A stretch of 64,000 bases of DNA from Heptranchias perlo (GCF_035084215.1 NW_027139558.1:62001-126000); one strand, 5' to 3'; positions 11,975 through 24,249 are shown, counted from the first letter of the stretch. Notes: generated from the sequence alone by a model not told the origin. A program made the numbers and translations.

Positions 11975-12350
11975 CAGAATCAGACGGCACAGAAGGAGGC
12001 CACTCGGCCCATCGTGCCTGTGCCGGCTCTTTGAAAGAACTTTCCAATTAATCCCACTCCCCCGCTCTTTGCCCAGAGCCCTGCAAATTTTCTCCTTTTT
12101 AAATATTGATCCAATTCCCATTTGAAAGTTATTATTGAATCTCCTCCCACCGCCCTTTCAGGCAGTGAATTCCAGATTGGAACAACTCACTGCGTCAAAA
12201 ATTCTCCTCATCTCCCCCTCTGGTTCTTTCACCAATTCTCTTCAATCTGTGTCCTCTGGTTCCCGACCCTCCTGTCACTGGAAACAGTTTCTCCTGATTT
12301 ACTCTCTCAAAACCCCCCATGATTTCGAACCCCGCTATTAAATCTATCAT
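11975..12350 (-). mobile_element. CR1 LINE 3' fragment
   Basis: Similar to 4310-4745. Antisense TRGHRLK motif. Confidence 0.75.
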
Positions 12351-12657
12351 TGGAAGAGCAGCCCGTCCCCTTAACCAGTCGGACTCTCTTTCTGCAGAGT
12401 TCCAGTTGTTCACTGGCTCCAGATGTTTAAACGGGACACACTAACCTCACTGGAGGTTATAAAATCAGCAAGATTGAAGATTCCTCCTCTCCCTCCCCCC
12501 AACAATAAACAAACGGAGAAATGCCTTTAGTTTCCGAGATAGACGGGGGTCTCTGGGGATGTAAAAGGTGCCCAGGGTCTGTGTAAGAGTAGAACGTCTC
12601 AGGTAAATCCAGGATGGGTGAAAGTCTCAGTCTAACCAAGGTTGTCTCTGTTTCCAG

Positions 12658-13043
12658 TGGACGCGCAGACTCGCCCTCAAGTCTACATCCTCCCCCCTTC
12701 ACCGGACGAGATGGAGACGGATCAGACGGCGACCCTGGTGTGTCTGGTCACCCGATTCTCCCCCGCAGAGATCTACGTGGCCTGGATGGCCAACGACACC
12801 CTTCTGAAGTCGGGCTTCGTGAACCAGCCGGTGACCGAGGACGGCGGAAGGGGCTGGAACTCGGCGGGCAGCCGGTTGACGGTCCCCGCAGAGGAGTGGA
12901 ACAGCAGCACCACTTTCTCCTGTGTGGTGGGACACGAGTCGCTCACAACCAATCTGTTCAGAAGCATCAATAAATCTCACAGCAAACCCACCCTGGTGAA
13001 CATCTCACTTGTTCTAGCCGATAGCTTGAAATCCTGTTTCTAA
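12658..13043 (+). CDS. IgW: IgW CH6 plus long-form secretory tail
   Basis: tttccag acceptor. RPQVYILPP..LVCLVTRFSP..W..FSCVVGHE, then tailpiece SHSKPTLVNISLVLADSLKSCF* with an N-x-S sequon and penultimate Cys. Confidence 0.93.
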
Positions 13044-13378
13044 CATCGAATGATTCAATGAGTGACCTTCAGATAGAAAATAATCCCTGTAAATGTACCG
13101 TTAACCCCACCCGGGGGGTCTTGTGCTCACTATCAAATCTCCCTTTTGGTAACAGAACACTTAAAACGTCATCAAAATCAGACCTTGTTCAGTAATTGAG
13201 AAAAATATCGAAATGATCGAATCAGGACACAAACATTATTGGCTCCAAGTCTCACAAGGTCTGGACTCCCTCCTGAAAACCTTTTTTGTGCCTCGTTTGA
13301 CTGAGTTTGAAACCTGTGTGAGACCCTCACGAAGGGTTAAATGCCTGTTGTAAAATGTCAATGTACCAATCCAATATC

Positions 13379-13384
13379 AATAAA
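13379..13384 (+). terminator. polyadenylation signal, long secretory IgW
   Basis: First AATAAA ~335 bp after the CH6 stop, with GT-rich sequence downstream. Confidence 0.6.
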
Positions 13385-13431
13385 GGAGATGGGAAAAGGT
13401 TTGGATTTCCGGGTCTTCATTGTGGGTGTTG

Positions 13432-13700
13432 TTTGGGGAGAGAGTCTCCGAGTAATTTGGGGACATGAGGTGCGGGAAGTGGAACAGGGCTCGGGAGGAA
13501 CAGGTGACTTTGGACCAATGGCTCCCCAAAGCTCTCCACCACTGGGGGTTTTCCTCACCTCATGTCTGGGTCTGTTGGAGACTAATTGATGGAGATCGAT
13601 TGCTCTGATTAGTCAACAACTCCATTATCATCGTATCACACGGCGACCAGGGTGGGAGAAGGGGAACCAGACGGCCCTTGGTCTTTCTCGGTCCACCAAT
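13432..13700 (+). repeat. 269-bp direct repeat, copy 2
   Basis: Matches 798-1066. Confidence 0.9.
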
Positions 13701-13704
13701 CCCA

Positions 13705-14045
13705 ATTTGCACCCAGCGAGTTCCCACAAACAGCAATGTGATAATGACCAGATCATCTGTATTTTAGTGATGTTGGTTGAGGGATAAATATTGGCTCAGG
13801 ACACCGGGGAGAACTCCCCCGCTCTTCTTCCAATAGTGGCCGTGGGATATTTTACATCCACCTGAGGGGCCTCCGTTTAACGTCTCACCCCAAAGACGGC
13901 ACCTCCGACAGTGCAGCACTCCCTCGGTACTGGCACCGGGGAGTGTCGGCCTGGATTATGGACTCAAGTCCCTGGAGTGGGACTTGAACCCCCAACCTTC
14001 GGACTCAGAGACGAGCGTGCTACCCACTGAGCCACAGCTGGCACC
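13705..14045 (-). mobile_element. Deu-SINE
   Basis: Deu core plus tRNA-like head. Confidence 0.75.
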
Positions 14046-14519
14046 CGTGTTAGGTGGTGGGGTGGGGGGTCCCTGTTTGAGGGGTCCCCGTGCTCAGGCA
14101 CCCCAGTGCTGCTCGACCAGGTGTGGATGTGTGAGGCTGAATCACAGAAGAGGCGTGTCTGGGCATTGGTGACTTTTCTGGACCAATGGTCCAGTTAAAC
14201 GTCTGTCTGTCAGCACCCAAAGTAAATCTCAGCTGGGCCGTAACTCTTGAGAATGAAACGATCCTGTGGGAAAGTAGAGTTAATGGTCTCACAATGACAG
14301 AGGGCCCTGGATCAATGAGGCTGGAAGACCCCTTCACATTTGCCCACTGACCCTCACTGGATCACTTGCCCCTTATTCCATCCCAGTGAGCCGTGAATCA
14401 CAGGCTTTCCCATCCCATTCAGCCCCTCACTCCCTCACATCACCAATCACAAGAGATTGTCTCATTGAGCGGAGCTGCTCAGTGCTGAACCTGGTGACTC
14501 CTTCCGATTTACAAGTTCC

Positions 14520-14870
14520 GCTGACACTCCAGTGCAGTACTGAGGGAGTGCCGCACTGTCGGAGGTGCCGTCTTTCGCATGAGATGTTAAACCGAGGCCC
14601 CCGTCTGCCCCTCTCAGGTGGACCTAAAAGATCCCACGGCCACTATTGGAAGAAGAGCAGGGGAGTTCTCCCCGGTGTCCTGGGCCAATATTTATCCCTC
14701 AACCAAAAAACAGATTATCTGCTCATTATCACATTGCTGTGTGTGGGATCTTGCTGTGCACAAAATGGCTGCCATGTTTCCGACATTACAACAGTGAGCA
14801 CACTTCGAAAGTACTTCATTGGCTGTAAAGCACCTTGGGATGTCCTGAGCTCTTGAAAGGCGCAGTATAA
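14520..14870 (+). mobile_element. Deu-SINE
   Basis: gagggagtgccgcactgtcggaggtgccgtctttcg.., running into the gap. Confidence 0.75.
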
Positions 14871-15133
14871 NNNNNNNNNNNNNNNNNNNNNNNNNNNNNN
14901 NNNNNNNNNNNNNNNNNNNNNNNNNNNNNNNNNNNNNNNNNNNNNNNNNNNNNNNNNNNNNNNNNNNNNNNNNNNNNNNNNNNNNNNNNNNNNNNNNNNN
15001 NNNNNNNNNNNNNNNNNNNNNNNNNNNNNNNNNNNNNNNNNNNNNNNNNNNNNNNNNNNNNNNNNNNNNNNNNNNNNNNNNNNNNNNNNNNNNNNNNNNN
15101 NNNNNNNNNNNNNNNNNNNNNNNNNNNNNNNNN
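14871..15133. other. assembly gap
   Basis: Run of N. Confidence 1.
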
Positions 15134-15643
15134 ATAGAGACAGACAGAGAAAGGGACACAGGCAGACACACTGGAACACAGAGAGAGAAGCAGACAGAAA
15201 GAGAGAGAGTCAGAGACAGAGAGAGAGAGAGGGATGAAGAGAGAGACAGAGAGATCGAGACAGAGAGAGGGAGACAAAGAGAGAGAGAGAGAGTCAAAGA
15301 GAGATACAGAGAAACACACTGAGACACAGAGAGAGAGATAGAGCGAGACAGAGAAAGAGAGAGCGAGAGAGAGGAAAAGAGAGAGAAAGATAGAGAGAGA
15401 GAGAGACAGAGAAAGAGAGAGAGAGACAGAGTGAGAGTGAGAAAGAGAAAGAGAGGTAGAGAAAGAGACAGAGAGAGCGAGAGAGACAGAGAGCGAGAGA
15501 GAGAGAGGGAGACTCTCTAATGATTCTCTGCTCCCAGTGCCACTCCCCCCTCACTGTGTTATCTCCAAACTATTGAGATATTGTCGATGGTTATGAAACA
15601 TCCACAGGAAACTCTAACAGCCCCAATTTCTCATTCCTTTCAG

Positions 15644-15786
15644 AATTCCCTCCAGACGAGGCAGGAGAGGAAGGGAAGGAAGAAGCAGGAGATTGGGATG
15701 GAGACGACAATGTGTTAACAGTCGCTGCCTTCGCCATCCTCTTCATTCTAAGTTTCCTCTACAGCACCTTCGTCACCGTTATCAAG
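15644..15786 (+). CDS. IgW: IgW TM1 exon (acidic spacer plus transmembrane helix)
   Basis: cctttcag/gtaacc. EFPPDEAGEEGKEEAGDWDGDDNVLTVAAFAILFILSFLYSTFVTVIK carries the antigen-receptor CART motif (F..LF..S..YST.VT). Absent from the ORF track. Confidence 0.93.
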
Positions 15787-16167
15787 GTAACCAGCCTTTG
15801 ACTATCAAATGAGCAGCAGCACAGACATCCCATAATGCCCACGGTTTGACCTTCAATTTCTCCCCCCATCTTATGATGTGACTCTGAGATTCCAGCCATC
15901 ACCCGAGGGCCAGACTAACAGTGCAGTGTGGAACCCTTCACCACCTCTGGCACCTTGAACCTTTCCCCTTTTCTCCTGTCCCCAGGGCCTCGATTCAGCA
16001 CCGCTGGTGACTGGGGGTGATGGGAATTTGGGTCAACGCTCCTGGGCTGGGACGGGGAAATCAAAGAGGGTTCAGATAGACTCAGGTCACCAGCCGTGAC
16101 CCTGACCAACACTGGGCTCTGTACCCATGGGCCTGAGCCCAACTGAGGGCTTATTCTGTCGGCCCCA

Positions 16168-16655
16168 TCTCCGAGAGTAAGGACAGACCGCCTGTCCTTT
16201 AGGGTCAATCTCCGAGAATAAGGACAGACCGCCTGTCCTTTAGGGTCAATCTCCGAGAGTAAGGACAGACCGCCTGTCCTTTAGGGTCAATCTCCGAGAA
16301 GAAGGACAGACCGCCTGTCCTTTAGGGTCAATATCCGAGAATAAGGACAGACCGCCTGTCCTTTAGGGTCAATCTCCGAGAGTAAGGACAGACTGCCTGT
16401 CCTTTAGGGTCAATCTCCTAGAATAAGGACAGACTGCCTGTCCTTTCGGGTCAATCTCCTAGAGTAAGGACAGACTGCCTGTCCTTTAGGGTCAATCTCC
16501 GAGAGTAAGGACAGACCGCCTGTCCTTTAGGGTCAATCTCCGAGAGTAAGGACAGACCGCCTGTCCTTTAGGGTCAATCTCCTAGAATAAGGACAGACCG
16601 CCTGTCCTTTCGGGTCAATCTCCGAGAGTAAGGACAGACCGCCTGTCCTTTAGGG
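16168..16655. repeat. 41-bp hairpin-unit minisatellite (~12 copies) in the TM1-TM2 intron
   Basis: Unit tctccgagagtAAGGACAGaccgcCTGTCCTTtagggtcaa. Confidence 0.95.
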
Positions 16656-16715
16656 TGACACTACCTGTTACACCTTGACACACACAAGCAAATGACTCTG
16701 CTGTCTGTATTCCAG

Positions 16716-16727
16716 GTCCAGCAGTGA
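16716..16727 (+). CDS. IgW: IgW TM2 exon (VQQ*)
   Basis: tattccag acceptor followed by GTC CAG CAG TGA, in phase 0 with TM1. AATAAA at 17073-17078. Confidence 0.75.
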   Translation, partial: VQQ

Positions 16728-17072
16728 CCAGCAGATTCCTGTGCCTCACATTCAGACCAGTCCGAGATGCCAATTGTCCAGAAATGTCCCCGTGAGGCGG
16801 CCGATATTTGGGAATGGAGCCTCCCCATCGCACACTGGGGAATGCTCGGCTACTGCACTGCAACTGCTCATTCCGGGAGATAAACCTTTCAATGGACCGG
16901 GGGAAGGTTGAGAGGGTAGAGGGAGGAGTGGGGGGAGGGGAGGGGGGGCGAGGGCCGTTTCTCGGGATCTTGTGATTGAAAATATTGTAACAAGAAACGT
17001 GGTTCCAATTACTGCCTCTCACTTTTCTTCACGTTTTCCACTGGTGTAAAAGTTTTGGTTTGAAATCAGTTC

Positions 17073-17078
17073 AATAAA
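17073..17078 (+). terminator. polyadenylation signal, membrane IgW
   Basis: AATAAA ~345 bp downstream of the TM2 stop. Confidence 0.6.
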
Positions 17079-17284
17079 AAAGCTCAGAGTTGAAATGAGA
17101 TAAGTGGAGGTGTGAAGGGATGGAGAAGGATGGGGGAGGTCGTTCGGCCCATCTTAGTTCTCTCCCCACAGCAGGGGCTTCGCCTGCAGAACTTATCTGG
17201 GAGAGTCCATTCCCCATGTGAGGAACTCCCTGGCATCACTGGAGAGAATTACACCCAATCTACAGCAATAGGAACAGGCCAATC

Positions 17285-18055
17285 GGGAATCCCCCCAGTA
17301 CAGTCATTGGGGAATAAACCCCAGGACCAGATATTGGGGAGATTCCCAGTCCCGTGTATGAGGGAATCCTCCCAGTACAGTCATTGGGGAATAAACCCCA
17401 GGACCTGATATTGGGGAGATTCCCAGTCCCGTGTATGAGGGAATCCCCCCAGTACAGTCATTGGGGAATAAACCCCAGGACCAGATATTGGGGAGATTCC
17501 CAGTCCCGTGTATGAGGGAGTCCCCCCAGTACAGTCATTGGGGAATAAACCCCAGGACCTGATATTGGGGAGATTCCCAGTCCCGTGTATGAGGGAATCC
17601 CCCCAGTACAGTCATTGGGGAATAAACCCCAGGACCTGATATTGGGGAGATTCCCAGTCCCGTGTATGAGGGAATCCCCCCAGTACAGTCATTGGGGAAT
17701 AAACCCCAGGATCAGATATTGGAGAGATTCCCAGTCCCGTGTATGAGGGAATCACCCCAGTACAGTCATTGGGGAATAAACCCCAGGACCAAATATTGGA
17801 GAGATTCCCAGTCCCGTGTATGAGGGAATCCCCCCAGTACAGTCATTGGGGAATAAACCCCAGGACCAGATATTGGAGAGATTCCCAGTCCCATGTATGA
17901 GGGAATCCCCCCAGTACAGTCATTGGGGAATAAACCCCAGGACCTGATATTGGGGAGATTCCCAGTCCCGTGTCTGAGGGAATCCCCCCAGTACAGTCAT
18001 TGGGGAATAAACCCCAGGACCTGATATTGGGCAGATTCCCAGTCCCGTGTATATG
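17285..18055. repeat. 77-bp minisatellite (~10 copies)
   Basis: Unit gggaatccccccagtacagtcattggggaataaaccccaggaccagatattggggagattcccagtcccgtgtatga. Confidence 0.95.
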
Positions 18056-18059
18056 AACA

Positions 18060-18768
18060 ATGAGGGACAGGAAAAGACCCTTTGGTCCATCCAGCCTGTC
18101 CCACATAATTGTGATCCCTAGTGTATCAAAATATGTACAATCCCCACCCCACCCAAAACCATGTGATCTCCTGGGAGAGGCGAAAAACCAGTTAAAAACC
18201 CTGGCTAATTTGGGGGGGAAAGTCTGGGCAATTCCTCTCCGAGCCCTTTGGCGATCGGAACTGGTCCAGGAGATCGGTCTGGCCCTGATAATTCTACACA
18301 TTACACACCTTTTGTACGAGGTGATCTCCGCCCCAGACAGGAACAGGCCGAGCTCTCGCTTGAAGGAATTCTGGGAATCGGGGTCCACCGTACGAGGCAG
18401 CAGCCTGTCCCAGAGGCCCACTGTTCTCTGGGAAAGAACCACCTCCTGACATCTGACCTCGATCAGGCCTCGGACAACTGACAATTGTCACTCCTGGTCC
18501 TCCCGAACCTGTTTAATTGGAACAAACTGTCCACTGGAACCCAATCCTTTCATCATCTGATAAACCTCGATCAGATCACCCCCGAGTCTGGGCTTCTCGA
18601 AAGTCTACAGTTCCACAAATATTACCCTGTCTTGATAACGAAGCTGCTTTAAGATGGAATTGGTCCAATGGCCTCGTCTGCACACTTTCCAAAGCTGCAA
18701 TAACACCAACCATGTGAGGGGAACAAAACTGGACACACGATTCCAACTGAGTATCGACATGGCCGGAC
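18060..18768 (-). mobile_element. CR1-like LINE 3' fragment
   Basis: Antisense QRTVGLWDRL..SFKREL and 3' UTR ..ctggatggaccaaagggtcttt. Confidence 0.6.
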
Positions 18769-18769
18769 C

Positions 18770-18798
18770 CAGTCTCACCTTGATCAATCTCCCTCTGT

Positions 18799-18838
<40 letters not shown>

Positions 18839-19510
18839 ACTCAGTCTCACCTTGATCAATCTCCCTCTGTTGGTGTCTCTCTCTCTCTCACTGTACTCAG
18901 TCTCACCTTTATCAATCTCCCTCTGTTGGTGTCTCTCTCTCTCTCACTGTACTCAGTCTCACCTTTATCAATCTCCCTCTGTTGGTGTCTCTCTCTCTCT
19001 CTCTATCACTGTACTCAGTCTCACCTTTATCAATCTCCCTCTGTTGGTGTCTCTCTCTCTCTCTCTCCATCACTGTATTCAGTCTCACCTTTATCAATCT
19101 CCCTCTGTTGGTGTCTCTCTCTCTCTGTATCACTGTGCTCAGTCTCACCTTTATCAATCTCCCTCTGTTGGTGTCTCTCTCTATCACTGTACTCAGTCTC
19201 ACCTTTATCAATCTCCCTCTGTTGGTGTCTCTCTCTCTCTCTCTCTCCATCACTGTACCCAGTCTCACCTTCATCAATCTCCCTCTGTTGGTGTCTCTCT
19301 CTCTCTCTCTCTCTCACTGCACCCAGTCTCACCTTTATCAATCTCCCTCTGTTGGTGTCTCTCTCTCTATCACTGCACTCAGTCTCACCTTTATCAATCT
19401 CCCTCTGTTGGTGTCTCTCTCTCTCTCCATCACTGCACTCAGTCTCAGCTTTATCGATCGCCCTCTGTTGGTGTCTCTCTCCATCACTGTGCTCAGTCCA
19501 GCCTTTATCA
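18770..19510. repeat. ~60-bp CT-containing minisatellite
   Basis: Unit cagtctcacctttatcaatctccctctgttggtg(tc)n cactgtact. Same family at 28100-28975. Confidence 0.9.
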
Positions 19511-20560
19511 ATGGTCGTAGTTGTTGGAGGCCAATCATCTCAGCCCCAGGACACTGCTGCAGGAGTTCCTCAGGGCAGTGTCCTCGGCCCAACCATCTTC
19601 AGCTCTTTCATCAATGACCTTCCCTCCATGATAAGGTCAGAAATGGGGATGTTCGCTGATGAATGCACAGTGTTCAGTTCCATTCGCAACCCCTCAGATA
19701 ATGAAGCAGTCCGAGCCCGCATGCAGCAAGACCTGGACAATATCCAGGCTTGGGCTCACAAGTGGCAAATAACATTCGCGCCAGACAAGTGCCAGGCAAT
19801 GACCATCTCCAACAAGAGAGAGTCTAACCACCTCCCCTTGACATTCAACGGCATTACCATCGCCGAATCCCCCACCATCAACATCCTGGGGGTCACCATT
19901 GACCAGAAACTGAACTGGACCAGCCATATAAATACTGTGGCTTCAAGAGCAGGTCAGAGGCTGGGTATTCTGCAGCGAGTGACTCACCTCCTGACTCCCC
20001 AAAGCCTTTCCACCATCTACAAGGCACAAGTCAGGAGTGTGATGGAATACTCTCCATTTGCCTGGATGAGTGCAGCTCCAACAACACTCAAGAAGCTCGA
20101 CACCATCCAGGACAAATCAGCCCGCTTGAGTGGCACCCCATCCACCACCCTAAACATTCACTCCCTTCACCACCGGCGCACTGTGGCTGCAGTGTGTACC
20201 ATCCACAGGATGCACTGCAGCAACTCGCCAAGGCTTCTTCGACAGCACCTCCCAAACCCGCGACCTCTACCACCGAGAAGGACAAGAGCAGCAGGCACAT
20301 GGGAACAACACCACCTGCACGTTCCCCTCCAAGTCACACACCATCCCGACTTGGAAATATATCGGCCGTTCCTTCATCGTCACTGGGTCAAAATCCTGGA
20401 ACTCCCTTCCTAACAGCACTGTGGGAGAACCTTCACCACATGGACTGTAGCGGTTCAAGAAGGCGGCTCATCACCACCTTCTCAAGGGCAATTAGGCATG
20501 GGCAATAAATGCCGGCCTCGCCAGCAACGCCCACATCCCATGAATGAATGAAAAAAATAA
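19511..20560 (+). mobile_element. 5'-truncated non-LTR retrotransposon (RT C-terminal half, CR1/L2 group)
   Basis: GVPQGSVLGP..FINDL..MFADE..LGVTID..IYKAQVRSVMEY, then a 3' UTR and A-rich tail. Confidence 0.88.
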
Positions 20561-20565
20561 ATAAA

Positions 20566-21414
20566 CGCCGTTACAGTGTGGGAATACACAGAGTAAGGGA
20601 ACTGGACATAAACACAGTTACAGTGTGGGAATACACAGAGTGAGGGAACTGTACATAAACACAGTTACAGTGTGGGAATACACAGAGTGAGGGAACTGGA
20701 CATAAACACAGTTACAGTGTGGGAATACACAGAGTGAGGGAACTGTACATAAACACAGTTACAGTGTGGGAATACACAGAGTGAGGGAACTGGACATAAA
20801 CACAGTTACAGTGTGGGAATACACAGAGTGAGGGAACTACATAAACACAGTTACAGTGTGGGAATACACAGAGTGAGGGAACTGTAGATAAACACAGTTA
20901 CAGTGTGGGAATACACAGAGTGAGGGAACTGTACATAAACACAGTTACAGTGTGGGAATACACAGAGTGAGGGAACTGTACATAAACACAGTTACAGTGT
21001 GGGAATACACAGAGTGAGGGAACTGTACATAAACACAGTTACAGTGTGGGAATACACAGAGTGAGGGAACTGTAGATAAACACAGTTACAGTGTGGGAAT
21101 ACACAGAGTGAGGGAACTGTACATAAACACAGTTACAGTGTGGGAATACACAGAGTGAGGGAACTGTACATAAACACAGTTACAGTGTGGGAATACACAG
21201 AGTGAGGGAACTGTACATAAACACAGTTACAGTGTGGGAATACACAGAGTGAGGGAACTGTACATGAACACAGTTACAGTGTGGGAATACACAGAGTGAG
21301 GGAACTGTACATAAACACAGTTACAGTGTGGGAATACACAGAGTGAGGGAACTGTACATAAACACAGTTACAGTGTGGGAATACACAGAGTGAGGGAACT
21401 CAACATAAACACAT
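20566..21414 (+). repeat. 47-bp minisatellite A (~18 copies)
   Basis: Unit acagttacagtgtgggaatacacagagtgagggaactgtacataaac. Inverted copy at 45310-46293. Confidence 0.95.
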
Positions 21415-21677
21415 TTGGAGTCTGACCAGAACTGGACCCAGTCCTCAAGGTGCAGAATGAATGAGATTTGTTTTTTTTAGCTGAAATTTTACTTTATTTC
21501 ATAAACTTTAAGGATACCCACAGACAGAGAGTGAATTAGAGTGAGAGAGGTAGCAGGAGAGAGAGCGAGAGTGAGAGAGATACAGAAGCAGACATCTGGT
21601 GCTGTTACACCGACACCCAGTGGCCGACGGTTATTATCACAAGGAACCAGCTGTCTTTGGTGTGGTTTCTGCTAAAC

Positions 21678-22250
21678 TCTCTCTCCGCATAGTCCTGTAT
21701 CAATCTCACACTATTCCCACTGCCCCACTCTCTCCCCATAGTCCTGTATCAATCTCACACCAATCCCACTGCCCCACTCTCTACCCATAGTCCTGTATCA
21801 ATCTCACACTAATCCCACTGCCCCACTCTCTTCCCATAGTCCTGTATCAATCTCACACTAATCCCACTGCCACGCTCTCTCCTCATTGCCCTGTATTAAT
21901 CTCACACGAATCCCTCTGCCCCACTCTCTCCCCATAGTCCTGTATCAATCCCAAACTCATCCCAATGCCCCATTCCCTCTCCATAGTCCTGCATCAATCT
22001 CACATTAATCCCACTGCCCCACACTCCCCATAGTCCTGTGTCAATCCCAAACTAATCCAACTGCCCCACTCTCTCCCCATAGTCCTGCATCAATCACTGC
22101 CCCACTCTCTCCCCATAGTCCTGTATCAATCCCACACTAATCCCACTCCCCCACTCTCTCCCCATAGTCCTGTATCAATCTCACACTAATCCCACTGCCC
22201 CACTCTATCCCCATCGTCCTGTATCAATCCCAAACTCATCCCACTGTCTC
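21678..22250 (+). repeat. ~50-bp minisatellite E
   Basis: Unit ccccatagtcctgtatcaatctcacactaatcccactgccccactctct. Inverted copy at 43708-44520. Confidence 0.9.
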
Positions 22251-22259
22251 GTTCTCCCC

Positions 22260-22520
22260 TGTCCTCAAGGCACAGTCTGACCAGAACTGGACCCAGTCCT
22301 CAAGGTGCAGTCTGACCAGAACTGGATACAGTCCTCAAGGTGCAGTCTGACCAGAACTGGACCCAGTCCTCAAGATGCAGTCTGACCAGAACTGGACCCA
22401 GTCCTCAAGGTGCAGTCTGACCAGAACTGGATACAGTCCTCAAGGTGCAGTCTGACCAGAACTGGACCCAGTCCTCAAGATGCAGTCTGACCAGAACTGG
22501 ACCCAATTCTCAAGGTTCAG
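22260..22520 (+). repeat. 35-bp minisatellite B (~7 copies)
   Basis: Unit tctgaccagaactggacccagtcctcaaggtgcag. Confidence 0.95.
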
Positions 22521-22711
22521 AATGAATGAGGTTCGGTTTTTTTTTATCTCAAATTTTACTTTATTTCATAAAATTTAAGGATACCCACAGACAGAGAGAG
22601 AATTAGAGTGAGAGAGGCAACAGGAGGGAGAGCGAGAGTGAGAGAGATACAGAAGCAGACATCTGGTGCTGTTACACCGACACCCAGTGGCCGACGGTTA
22701 TTATCACAAGG

Positions 22712-23030
22712 ATGGTGGAAAGGCTTTGGGGAGTCAGGAGGTGAGTCACTCGCTGCAGAATACCCAGCCTCTGACCTGCTCTTGTAGCCACAGTATTTAT
22801 ATGGCTGGTCCAGTTAAGTTTCTGGTCAATGGTGACCCCCAGGATGTTGATGGTGGGGGATTCGGCGATGGTAATGCTGTTGAATGTTAAGGGGAGGTGG
22901 TTAGACTCTCTCTTGTTGGAGATGGTCATTGCCTGGCACTTGTCTGGCGCGAATGTTACTTGCCACTTATGAGCCCAAGCCTGGATGTTGTCCAGGTCTT
23001 GCTGCATGCGGGCACGGACTGCTTCATTAT
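22712..23030 (-). mobile_element. LINE RT fragment, same family as 19511-20560
   Basis: MQQDLDNIQAWAHKWQ..PQSLSTI is nearly identical and inverted. Confidence 0.85.
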
Positions 23031-23031
23031 T

Positions 23032-24235
23032 TTAGGAATCTTACAACACCCGGTTATAGTCCAACAGTTTTATTTGAAAATCACAAGCTTTCGGAGCTTA
23101 CCTCCTTCGTCAGGTTCGTGAGTGAAGGGTTTTAAAATCGCATATCATATATTAGGCTGGGAGACAATCACAGCAATCAAAGGTGTCGTTGGTGTTCAGA
23201 CAGATTAGCCACGGAAAACATTACATCCCAGTATACTGAACACACAGTGGGTCAGATTACACAGACAGAGAGAGAAAGAGACCCGAAGGGCAGAGAGAGA
23301 GAGAGAATGTCCAGTTGTATTAAAAACAGATAACTTTTTTCCCGCTGGTGGGGTTACGTGTAGCGTGACATGAACCCAAGATCCCGGTTGAGGCCGTCCT
23401 CATGGGTGCGGAACTTGGCTATCAATTTCTGCTCGACGATTTTGCGTTGTCGTGTGTCTCGAAGGCCGCCTTGGAGAACGCTTCCCCGAAGATCGGTGGC
23501 TGAATGTCGTTGACTGCTAAAGTGTTCTCCGAATGGGAGGGAACCCTCCTGTCTGGCGATTGTTGCACGGTGTCCGTTCATCCGTTGTCGCAGCGTCTAC
23601 ATGGTCTCGCCGATGTACCATGCTCCGCGGAGGGCATCCTTTCCTGCAATGTATGAGGTAGACAACGTTGGCCGAGTAACAGGAGCATGTACCTGGTGGG
23701 TGGTATCCTCTCGTGTGATGGTGGTATCTGTGTCGATGGTCTGGCATGTCTTGCAGAGGTTGCCGTGGCAGGGTTGTGTGGTGTCGTGGACGCTGTTCTC
23801 CTGAGAGCTGGGTAATTTGCTGCGAACGATGGTCTGTTTGAGGTTGGGTGGCTGTTTGAAACCTATGAGGACGGCCTCAACCGGGATCTTGGGTTCATGT
23901 CGCGCTGCACGTAACCCCACCAGAGGGGGAAAAAGAGTTATCTGTTTTTAATACAACTGGTCATTCTCTGTCTTTCTCTTCCTGTCGGATGTTTCTCTCT
24001 CTCTCTGTCTTTGGTTCTGGCCATTTGTATATTCAGTCGTCCTGTATGTAATGTCTCTCCGTCTGATCGCCTTGACAACGGGCAGTTGGAAAGATTATCT
24101 GTAATCACCAGGCACTGTTCTCTGACTATATTTGCGGTAATTTTCAAGGAATCCAACGAAGGAGAAAGCCTCCGAAAGCTTGTGATTTTCAAATAAAACT
24201 CTTGGACTGTAACCTGGTGTTGGAAGATTGCTGAC
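23032..24235 (-). mobile_element. Penelope-like element: GIY-YIG endonuclease remnant with inverted 3' repeat
   Basis: Frameshifted CYSANVVYLIHC..WYIGET..RMNGHR..EHF..EQKLIAKFRT..GLN. 23865-24235 is an inverted copy of ~23035-23410. Confidence 0.85.
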
Positions 24236-24249
24236 ATGAGTTCAGGTCA

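Noticed and set aside
3914-13043. IgNAR or IgM identity
   Set aside because: Six CH domains, a CH1 with a light-chain Cys, and a separate Cys-rich tail exon after CH2 fit IgW. IgM has 4 CH domains and IgNAR has 5.
18926-20413. 495-aa ORF as a host gene
   Set aside because: Chance fusion of a minisatellite with a truncated LINE RT (FADE in place of the catalytic DD).
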